Source of the DNA: Rhynchobatus australiae
Taxonomy: Eukaryota
Length of the DNA stretch: 64,000 nt
Assembly: GCA_034780895.1 (NCBI GenBank)
Contig: JAUZTB010000017.1
Location: 16,576,704 to 16,640,703 of the forward strand
Direction of reading: 5' to 3'
Shown: piece by piece, positions 53,621 through 64,000 of the stretch
Numbering within the stretch: the stretch's first letter is position 1
How the letters are laid out: each line of letters begins with the position of its first letter
Notes under the pieces: generated by a model
What the model was told of the DNA's origin: nothing
What the model saw: only the letters and a program-made list of their open reading frames with translations
Database searches by the model: none
Program-made: the position numbers and the translations under genes

Positions 53621-53904
53621 TGTACTTGCCTTAGAGTTAGGTTTTCCTGATAGATAATAATTCTTTTTTTAAAACCAAAAATTGCAGAAGCAATGGGTGT
53701 TGACTCTGGGAAAACAAATACTTTTCCANNNNNNNNNNNNNNNNNNNNNNNNNNNNNNNNNNNNNNNNNNNNNNNNNNNNNNNNNNNNNNNNNNNNNNNN
53801 NNNNNNNNNNNNNNNNNNNNNNNNNNNNATAATAATTCTTTTTTTAAAACCAAAAATTGCAGAAGCAATGGGTGTTGACTCTGGGAAAACAAATACTTTT
53901 CCAT

Positions 53905-54105
53905 CACAGCAACAAACGATCTGCTGGAGGAATTCAGCAGGTTGTGCAGCATCTGTGCGAGACAAGGAATTGTCAGGACTACTGCAGGGTTTTGACCTGA
54001 AGCATCAACAATTCCTTTCCTCCCACAGATGCTGCTCAACCCACAGAGTTCCTCCAACAGATTGTTTATTGCTCCAGATTCCAGCATCAACAGTCTCCTG
54101 TGTCT
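53905..54105. mobile_element. Short palindromic element derived from the Penelope terminus
   Basis: 65-bp inverted arms, 53909-53973 and 54008-54072, about 11 mismatches by hand. Shares the CACAGATGCTGC...TCC motif with the PLE end. Confidence 0.75.
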
Positions 54106-54389
54106 TTCTTTTCCATCACAGAATGGTTACAGTACAGAAAGAAGCTATTTGGCTTGTTCAGTCCATACTGGGTCCTTGCAACAGCAATCCAGCTAGTTTC
54201 ATTCCCCCAAAATCTCACACATGGGTGATTTCCTTAGCATGGAAGCTTCCATTGCTCTAGTTTTAGCCTAGCCTCACCCAGATAATACGAACAGCTAGAA
54301 GAGACATCCAATCGGCTACAGAGGGCTTGGCCCAAACACAAAGTCAAGATCTATACCTGAGCCCAATGGTCCTGGGTGCACTGTTAAAT

Positions 54390-54610
54390 GAAAACAGATA
54401 ATGCTGAAAGTACTCAAGTCAGACAGCACTTGAGAAAGGAGAAGTAAAGTTAATTCTTCAGGTCACTGACCTTTTACATAAAAAAGTTTATCAACCTCAA
54501 ACAGTGAATCCGTTTCTCTCTCCACAGATGCTGTCTGGCTTGCTGACCTTTTTTTAAAGCATTTCCTGTCCTTATTTCAGATTTCCAGCATCTGTAGTTG
54601 GTTGCTTTTC
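54390..54610. mobile_element. Short palindromic Penelope-terminus element (second subfamily)
   Basis: Reverse arm AATGCTGAAAGTACTCA..CAGGTCACTGACC, then forward arm TTTCTCTCTCCACAGATGCTG..TATTTCAGATTTCCAGCATCTG. Confidence 0.7.
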
Positions 54611-57600
54611 AAAGTAATGTTGGATCAAGACAAAAAATACAGTTGCAATGGAAGTTTTCTAAATATAACCTAATGGATGCCTTTGAGTAAATATTGATAT
54701 TCTACTGCAGATTAACAAAGGCAATTTACCTGATACTCATAATGCCTGCCATTTCCTACAGGTTCCCATTGTAGAACGCAAGTTGCAACATTATTTGTAA
54801 AACTATTAGAGCCACCTCATATTCTTTGATTTTATGACTGTCCAATGTGCAGTAGGTAACAGGATACAGGAATCAGGATTTTACTTAACAGCTATATCTC
54901 TTCAATTATCTGCAGTTTGATCAGCACTAATAACTTATGGATGTTTCATATACTAAAGCTATCACTATTCTTATTCCCGAACAAAGAAATTAAATAATGA
55001 TCTCCATCTCTTCTCACTAACCAATATATAATGGGGAAATAGGTATATAAGATTAGTCAGAACAGCCTCAGATGCTTTGGGGACTGGGTGGGAAAATGGT
55101 CCAAGCTGATGAGGTGAACATCTCCTCTCTCTGTAAATTGTAAGGCTTCCAAGTCAAATAGTTTGTCTATTCTTATCCTAGCATATAGTATGCCAAATCC
55201 ACTTTTTTTTTGTAAATAACAAGAGTTTTTTTAAACATTGCTACTTTTAATTCAACAGAAATTGATGACTTCAGTAGGAGGGGGCATATGGATAGGAAAC
55301 AAAGCTATCCTGTAATGATAGAAGCATAATTCTGAAGTAGACACCAGGGTTATGACCAGGCTAGTACAAAGCCAGCTTTTCTTTGTGTATAATCTGTGCA
55401 ATACTTAAGAGTGATTCATGTATAACACTGACTGGAAAACTTGGAAAAATTCTACTGTTCTCCACTTTACATTCATATTTAACACATATCACTTATTTCA
55501 ACACGAAAGGTCATTGCACTCAAATGAACTTGGTTTAGACACAAAGGATGCTTTTGTACTGCCTGGCCCATTTACAAGGCTGGCCTCAACCAGTCAAATG
55601 AAGCATACTTCTGACCTTACGACAGTAATCATTTCTGATGCTTGTGAGTGAACCTTCCAGCTAGTTGGAGATGGGGACTGCAATGGGGTTAACAACAGAA
55701 GTACACCAAAAATCAGGATGGAAATGGAAAACTAATTTAAAGTGTATATGGATGTGTGTAAATGGCAAGAGCCAGAGAATTCAGTAGGCATGTGTGCCAC
55801 ACAGTGTAAATATTTTCCAGCTATGCCAATGACCCTTTCTATGGTCATGTTTTTAAACATACTCAAGTACTGAAATGAAGCATTACATGTAACATTTAAT
55901 TGGAATCATTACTAATTGGAAGAATACAAGATTTTGCTGTGAAGTTCAACCCCATTTATCCATTACATTCGAGCAAGGAGGTTATAATCAAGTATCCCAG
56001 TAAAATAATGTCAACAAGCCAGCATAGTAAGAATCACTCTTAAAGATAGACCAAGCTTTCATCGTGAAACTTGAATTAAATTTGCAATGGATATTTGTAC
56101 ATCTTTGCTCTGACGCTAGCTGAAGGGTACAGTTACAAATTCAATTCAATTTTTAGGTAATTCTTACCTCACTCACTGGTATAGAAGCAGAATGACAAGG
56201 GGAAACCAAATACAACATGAAAGAGATTATTCCATCCAAAGACACTATTGCTTTATTAAGAAAAGGCCATTACGTTCATTGCAGCAACTTTGTTTTCATG
56301 GAAGTCTGTGATCTAGAACAAAACTGCATTAGAGAAATCAGGAGCACCAAGTACCATCTATAGGAACTTGAATGGAGTTTTTTTGTATAAATTACCCTTA
56401 AAGAGAAAAGTCACAAGGCAAAGTTTATATTAAATGACAGTTCATGATTTCTTCCCCCAATTCTAAAACATAAAAGTGTGAAAGTCAAAGTCAGAAGAGA
56501 TTTTAAAAATGGAAAGGCTACACAAGCAGAGCTCTGGCTACTGGAATTTCAGGATGCCCCATGATGCCAGTTAAAGGGAAAAATAGGGCACACTTCAATT
56601 TCAACATTTTGAACATCAGGGTATGCCTGAACATCACCCAAAACCCAGTCACAACATATCAACAATTTAAGCTTCCCATGGAACTAAAATTCCATTCTCC
56701 GTTAATAGCAATGCTTGTAAAAAAAAAGTTTGAGTCTGAACTTTCATTTCTTTATATGATTATGCTTGATGTTGTGAAAGGTTCTATATTAATGCAAGTC
56801 CTTCATTCTATTAATTGGAATTTGTACACACATTTTATACAACCAAAATATATATCCTACACATATGCTAAAATTATAGATAAAGCATTACTTTAGAGAA
56901 ATTACAGAAATCCTTGGGCATCCTCCCCCACATTAGTGGCAGAGGAGATAAAATAATGTAAGAAATCAGCCTGAATATCATGTGGAAGGATCAGTACAAA
57001 GCAACTCACAGTTCAATGCATTATTAATAATTTTCTGTCACTATACCAGAAATGCTTAAGAAGCGAGATATAACAATGCTCCTTCAGGACTTGAGTGTTA
57101 CCAATCATATCTTTAATCCCACTCCTAAAGTAATTTATGCTGGGTAAACAGAATTCTAAAGCTGTGTTTTTTTTGTTGGTCTTAAGTAGATCTGTGGGAT
57201 GATTACTTGTCATTGTTATATTTAAGAATCATAAGCATATTCCAAATGGGCATGGTATTTCTCAAGAAATATTGACTAGCAAAAATATTTGCATTGTGTG
57301 ACATCACATGTAGAAATCATCCCTCCTGTTTTTTTAAACCTTATAATTATAACCAAGATAATGGAGAATGTTTACAAAATTGTGTCTTTCAGTGAGAGGT
57401 AGATCAGGTGCAAAATTTTGGTATGTTTGCACATCTGAGCAGTTTTCAAACAATTACAGCACAGTAGGGAAGAAATTATTAAAATAGAGAACCAGCTATA
57501 AACATGCACCAGCTCAAATTCCATCTGATCTTTATACAAAACTAGATAAACAATCACCAATGACCTGTCACTTAAAAGTACTGAACTATGAGCTCACTGC

Positions 57601-59749
57601 TCTGCACAAGAGCAGCCAATGAGTCCAAACCAGAGGTTTGAAGTTCAGTGTTGGTGTTCTGCTGCAGAAGGGTACCAGTCTTCCCTTCAATACTTTCACG
57701 ATATTTTAAGAGTTCAATCAGGACTGGGTCTCAGAAAGTTGGTCTTTATGGCTTCACCCATAAAGACACACAAAGGGATCAAGAAGTCCACAGCAATTGT
57801 GACAGGCAAGAGATTGCTGCGGTGCACCTTTCTGCCCAAAGGCATGCCTTCCCATCTGTGGATAAAGGAAGGCTACTGAAGGTTACATCTTCTCCACCTA
57901 ATCACCAAGTGGGCTGTCCCTGATGCCCATTAGCTACAGATATNNNNNNNNNNNNNNNNNNNNNNNNNNNNNNNNNNNNNNNNNNNNNNNNNNNNNNNNN
58001 NNNAGTAGCATGTTACATGAAGTCTCTGAAAACCAAGTTGAACTTAGCCACTGGTTGACACTGAAGCTGTATTTCACAACCACATGACTATTTGGAATCT
58101 GCACACTGCATCTCTGAACGTACATCTGCACAATACTCGAATTTCTTTTGGCATACTTCAATGACAAAAATATCTCATGGCTAACAATCTGATATTTTTC
58201 CTTTGGTTTAAGACCACCACAGCTCCTCAGCATTTACTTCTGGGTGCCCTTTAATAGGTCAGTATGTTCTTACCTAGTTGCCTGTTATTTGTGAAAGGGT
58301 GCTGGATTAAGTGGATTCTTTGAATTGTCATTTCTCCCTCAAAACAAAAGTAAAAGGAGTGAAAGCACAACCCAAGTCTCTAAATAATTCCTATTACAAT
58401 GAACTCATTCAAAGTTGTCCCCTATCATGAGCACATACGAACAGCCACAATTTACCGGAGTTATGGATTAAGGGCTTAAATTAGAATTAGGGTGGGGTGC
58501 TCTTTTTCAACTAATAGAGACATGGACCAAATGGCCTCCTTCTGTGTCACAAGTTTTGTATGATTTTATCAGCTCAGATTGCATCTTCCATGGGACTTGT
58601 TCTCATTGAAGCCCAGAACTCAAGCCCTCCTTTGATAGATTAGAAATAGCTCCATATTAACTGTAAAGACTTGAAAATTGTAGGCTCTGTTATCTGAAAG
58701 TGTTTACAGTTAGAAAATATGTCTCCTACGGGAATGGATTTCATTACACCTGTATACCTGGTTCAACCATTAATCTGCATTTTTTATAATTTCATCTCCT
58801 GTCTTACGATGCTACTTACGATGGTTGCAAAGAACTTTGAGACAAAGTTAGCTCCACAGGCAACTAACACTGAGGAAAGTCATACATGGCTGGTGGAACA
58901 AAATGGACAAAAATTACCATGACTTCTACACAGAAGACAATGATTAAAATTTACTACAAAAAGTACAGCAACTAAAACAGGTCAATTAAAGCCCAAATCC
59001 TTCAGCTACTAACCCGCTAGATATGATGCTCCCATTAGGCTGTAGGACAGACCATTGCATCACCCCATACAGTTTAAAACACATGGGTTTTCTGCACATC
59101 ATATGATTTTGATATTAAAAAATCCATTTAAAAAGTTTTAATTTGAAATGTATGTGATGAGTGTGTTCCTAATACAGTTGGGCTAGGAGCACATATTAAA
59201 TGTCCTCACACTGAGGTCTCTCAGAATTTATTTCACTTGTTTGACACCACACCATACATTTTAAACACATAATCAAATAATGTTGCTTGGCCTAATAATT
59301 ATTCAGGAATATCTAAAAGGTAATAATGCTCAAAATGTAAATCACCTACTCAAATTAACACAAAAATGCACGATACAAAGATTCATCCACACTCAATATG
59401 CAATGTATACAAAAATACAACCCAGGTGTTGACCATTCCAGCTAACCTAGGACTTTCCATCCTAAGACCCCTAGTCACCAGCCTGAATGCATGAATATTT
59501 ACTCAGTCAAGAGAATCAGATGTTATGACATATGCGCTTACACTGCAGGAATGGAGAAGAGTGTGCAGATCAGTGCACCACTTCTGTTTTCCAAGGGAAA
59601 GATGTGATTGAGATCAAGGTTAAAAGGAGATGAAGCCAAAAACAATATCAATATGGGCTGCAGTAAAAGTTACTTTAGAAAATTAGAATTTCTTTCAGAC
59701 TGAAAGTGAGGGGAAAGGGACAACAGGTAAACTAAATGGAACTTTCTCA

Positions 59750-61020
59750 AATCACTCGCATTGCATCTTGAAATTTAAACTAAAGCTGTCTCAAAGATGT
59801 CCTGGTCTGCAATTCCACTTCATCCTTTGGCACCACAGTGGTTTAAACAGAAGATATCTTTCTCTCTTTTCACACAAGGACCACAACCTCAACCTGCAAG
59901 TTCTAATGTTTCTCCACTTTCATCTGACCCCATTTCTCTCACTAATCTTCCCCTTTTCACGTGTTCAATGTCCCTTCTGACCTTTCACTCACTGATCCCA
60001 AATGATGAATCCGCAGTGTAAGTTGATCCTTGGCTTCATTCATCTCATCCCACCTCAGTGAATTCCAAGCCCAATAAAATGCCTGAAATTCACTTGATCA
60101 GTAGCCCAAACTACAGACCCTTTCTCCCTCAACTTCAGAACTGCTGGTCTACTGGGTTCCCTCCATTTGGGTCTTAGCCTCTTTAGATATACTCATTGCT
60201 AACTGTCAGTGTGACATTGACCATTACAATCTTTTTCATTCCCCTTACTCCGATTTACCACCTTCCCCTCTGGTCATCAAGAACCAACCTCAACATTGTC
60301 ATTAAACCCACTGACACAAGGGCAGTGTTGGACTATTTATTGACTTATCTCAACCTTGGTGGTCTGAACATCAACTCTTTGACACCTCTTGACCGCATCT
60401 CCACCACTGACCATCAGGCCATTGCCTAGCAGACAAGCCATGAACTTCATCTCTTCAGATTATCTCTCCCTCCCACCTCACCATTCTCCCCCGTCTCCAG
60501 CCTTCACTTTGACGACCTCTTGATCTCCATCTCAGAAGATATTTTGCAACCAATATCCACCACAATCCCATGGACTCCCATAGCTGTTGTAACAACATTG
60601 CCTCCTGTATCACTTCCTGCATGGAATCCATTCCACTCTCAGTTTCTCCAGTTCTGTTTTCTTACCTTCCACATCAGTGCTTTTGAGATATGTTCCTTTT
60701 TGCTTCCCTTCCACCACAGTTGGCAGTATTCTTCTATCTCCTGCATGTTTGCTCGCTTTCTTTCCTCCAAAACACAAAAATAAGTTTCCCCCTTGTCCCC
60801 ACCATCCATCTCACCTCCCTTCACATTCAACCAATCATCCTCTGTAATTTCCACCACTTTCAATGTCACGTCATCACTTGAAACACTCTGAAGGGGGTCA
60901 CACTCTCTGCAACTCCCTGGTCACACACAATATCAGCCCCTTACATTTGTCCTGCCCTTCAATGATATCGTGGCTGATCTGAATGTAACCTCAACTTCAT
61001 TTTCCCTTCTACCTGTGGTG
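59750..61020 (+). mobile_element. Older, heavily degraded Penelope-like fragment
   Basis: NLNIVIKPTD (ORF 60196..60429) resembles the PLE IVIKPADKG motif. C/T-rich segments parallel the neighbouring element. Confidence 0.65.
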
Positions 61021-61169
61021 ACTTCCATCCCCTTGCTTCTGAGGCATCTAGCTACTTCCCCTTCAAAAATATTCAAAGATATTCACAGCCTTCAACCTGT
61101 AATATCAATTGTCTCTCTCTCTCTCTCTGCAGCTACTGCGTGATATGCTGTATATATCCAGCAACATTT

Positions 61170-63170
61170 TCATGAAAAAAAACAAGATACTGGGGGAACT
61201 CAGCAGGCCAGGCAGCATCCATGGAGAAAAACAGACAGTCAAATGTTTCGTGTCAGGACCCTTCTTCAGGACTGAAGAGAGGAAAAGGGGAAGCCCAATA
61301 CATAGAGGGTAAAAACAGAGCAGTGATAGGGAGACAAAAGAGGGGAGGTGGGGTGGGCACAAGGTGGTGATAGGTAGATGCAGGCGAGAAATAGTGATAG
61401 GCAGATATCAGGGAGGAGGGGAGAGCAGATCTACTAGAGGGAGGAAGAGATTGGCTTGAAAAGGGGAAAAAAAGAGGTATAGTGTGGGGGGGNNNNGGGT
61501 GTGGGTTTACTTAAAGTGGGAGAATTCGAAGTTCAGGCCATTGGGCTGTAAGGTCCCAAGACAGAAGATGAGGTGCTGTTCCTCAAGTTTACATTTGGAC
61601 TTCTCCTGGTAGTGGAGGCGGCAGAAGACTGACATATCAGTGATGGAGTGGGAGGAGGAGTTGAAGTGACTGGCAATGGGGAGATGTAGATCACAGTTAA
61701 AGATGGAGCACAGGTGGTCTACGAAATGGTCGGTCAATCTGTCTTTGGCCTCGCCAACGTAGAGGAGGCCACATTTAGAGGACCAAGTGCAGTAGATGAT
61801 ATTAGGGGAGATGCAGGTGATTCTCTGCTTCACCTGAATGGACTGTCTAAGTCCCTGGATGGAGGTGGCGTAGTGGCAGGTGTTACACCTATGGTTGGGG
61901 CAGTGGAAAGTCTCCGGGGTGGGAGCAAGGTGGTGGGGAGGGAGTAGAGAACTAGGGAGTCGCAGATAGAGCAGTCTGTGCAAGAGGCAGAAAGGGATGG
62001 GGAGGGAGAAAGTGCTTGGAGGTGGGGTCCCATTGGAGATGGCGGCAGTAGCAGAGAATGATGTGTTGGGTATGTAGGCTGGTGGGATGAAATGCGAGGA
62101 CAGGAGAGGCTTGTTGGGTCCCTTTGCTGGGTCTGGGAGGGGTGGGGGTGAGAGCAGAGGTGTGGGAAATAGCAGAGATATGGGTGCGAGCTCTCTTGAC
62201 CACAGTGGGGGGAGCCACGGTCAGTAAAGCTGGACGTCTTGGATGTCCTGGAGCGCAAAACACCGTGGGAGCAAATGCAGCAGAGGCAGAGAAATTGAGA
62301 GAAAGGGATAGCGTCCTGGCAAGAGACAGGGTGAGCAGGTAGCTGTGGGCATCAGTGGGTTTGTAGATGTTGGTGGATAAGTAATCTCCTGAGATTGAGA
62401 TGGAAAGATCGAGGAAGGAGAGAGCAGTATCAGAGATAGTCCAAGTGAATTGCAGAGCTGGATGAAAATTAGTGGCAACATTTATGAAAATGGCAAGTTC
62501 CACATGGGTGCAAGAGGTGGCATCAATGCTGTCACTGATATAGTGGAGAAAGAGTTGAGAAATGGGGCCGGAGTAGGCTTGGGACAGGGACTGTTCAACG
62601 TAGCCAATGAAGTGGCAGGCATTGCACCCTTGGTCTGTAGAAAGTGAGGGGAATCATAAGAGAAGTTGTTTAGAGTGAGGACAAGTTCAGCCAGGCAGAG
62701 TAGAATGTTAGTGGAAGGGGACTGATTCTGTCTCCGATCAAGAAAGCAGCAGAGGGCGGTGAGGCTATCATGGTGGGGAACAGAGGTATATAGGGACTGG
62801 GTGTCCATGGTGGTTGTGCATGCCAGAAAATTTAAAAACATGGGAGTGTTGAACAGCGAGAGAGATGTTAGGGATGTAAGTGGGAAGGAATTGGACCGAG
62901 GGGGACAAAATCATATACAGGTGCAAGGATATAAGCTTATGGGGCAAGAGTAGGTGGAGACAGTAGGTGGAGACAATAGGTGTGCCGGGATAGACCTTCT
63001 TGTGGGTTTTAGGGAGAAGATAGAAGCACGCAGTCCTAGGTTGTGGGACTATCATGTAGGTAGCTCTGTTGGGGGGGGAGAGGCAGGGGAAAGAGAGGGA
63101 GAGGAGGAGATCTCACAAGGTGATGAGGTGAGAGACGGTCCAGGAGATAGTTCCCTAGTGGTCCTCACTG
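61170..63170 (-). mobile_element. Penelope-like retroelement, degenerate RT + GIY-YIG endonuclease + 3' terminus
   Basis: Frameshifted ORF pieces: FYLLPKTHK..PGTPIVS, TMDTQSLYTSVPH, LAELVLTLNNFS..FLQTKG, LSFLDLSI..IYKPTD, and NIIYC..KCGLLYVGE..IASHFN..LQPNGLN. Confidence 0.92.
61236..61274 (-). ncRNA. Minimal type-I hammerhead ribozyme motif (probably decayed) in the Penelope terminus
   Basis: CAGTC-CTGAAGA-AGGGTCCTGACAC-GAAA-CATTT-GACTG: both core boxes, helix II and flanking CAGTC/GACTG pairing are present. Confidence 0.6.
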
Positions 63171-64000
63171 GTGAGGCAGACATTGACCTGCACCTCCCCT
63201 AATATCATTTACTTCATTCGGTGCTCCAAGTGTGGCCTCCTCTACATTGGCGAGACCAAACGCCGACTAGGTGACTGTTTCAGAGAACACCTGTGCTCCG
63301 TCCGTAACCACAATCTGCATCTCCTCATTGCCAGTCACTTCAACTTCCCCTCCCACTCCATCATTGATATGTCAGTCCTCCGCCTCCTCCACTGCCAGAA
63401 GTACAAATGCAAACTGGAGAAGGAGCAACTCATTTTCCATTTTGGAACCTTACAGCCTAACAGCATCAACATTGAATTCTGCCACTAAGTAAACTAACCC
63501 CCCACTCCCTCACCCACCATGCCTCTTCTTTTCTTCCCTTTCCTAGCCTCTCTCTTTTTTCTCCTCACCCATTTTGTTTTCCTTCTCCTCCCCTCTCCCC
63601 ATAGAGCATCTGCCTCTATACCTTTCACCCATCCCCCAGTGGATCTTCTCTCCCTTCCTGCCCCTCACCTGTCTATCACTATCTCTTACCTGCANNNNNN
63701 NNNNNNNNNNNNNNNNNNNNNNNNNNNNNNNNNNNNNNNNNNNNNNNNNNNNNNNNNNNNNNNNNNNNNNNNNNNNNNNNNNNNNNNNNNNNNNTCCCTT
63801 CCTGCCCCTCACCTGTCTATCACTATCTCTTACCTGCATCTACCTATCATCACCTTGTGCCCACCCCGCCTCCCCTCTTTTGTCCATCAATCACTGCTCT
63901 GTTTCCAACAACCCCCCTCCAATACATTGGGCTTTCTCTTTTCCTATGGTCAGTCCTGAAGGATTCTGACCCAAAACGTTGACTGTGTTTTTCTCCACGG
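63171..64000 (+). mobile_element. Inverted Penelope pseudo-LTR (GIY-YIG region + 3' UTR), runs off the window end
   Basis: ORF 63171..63488 (NIIYFIRCSKCGLLYIGETKRRLGD...LQPNSINIEF). The downstream sequence is the reverse-complement homolog of 61220-61500. Confidence 0.9.

Noticed and set aside
53655-53902. About 73-bp direct repeat on both sides of an N-gap (similarly 63651-63838)
   Set aside because: Identical sequence flanking a 100-N gap is typical of unmerged contig overlap, so it is treated as an assembly artefact.
24925-64000. TCF7L2 exon 5 (YLQMKWPLL...) or mammalian exon 4a
   Set aside because: No matching translation was found. Exon 5 is probably beyond the window end, although N-gaps cannot be excluded.

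Overview
Vertebrate genomic DNA, probably from a cartilaginous fish (inferred from HE1/V-SINE-like, Deu-SINE-like, CR1 and Penelope-like repeats), from a draft assembly with N-gaps. The whole window lies inside TCF7L2 (TCF4, HMG-box Wnt effector) on the minus strand. Nine coding exons can be placed exactly: exons 6-12, 14 and 15 in the 17-exon numbering. They include the LVPQ and SxxSS alternative splice sites, the HMG box, the basic tail and the duplicated CRARF/CRALF C-clamp exons. The 3' exons and exons 1-5 lie outside the window; 24925-64000 is intron 5. Main points of interest: (1) a probable internal-promoter and alternative-first-exon cluster at about 35.7-37.9 kb, including a 41-codon ATG exon in frame with exon 6; (2) a candidate extra exon downstream of exon 15; (3) a Penelope-like element with an inverted pseudo-LTR and hammerhead-ribozyme relic, plus a family of short palindromic elements built from the same terminus; (4) a ~103-bp local duplication flanked by a 5-bp direct repeat. 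Repeat boundaries are approximate and comparisons with human are from memory.
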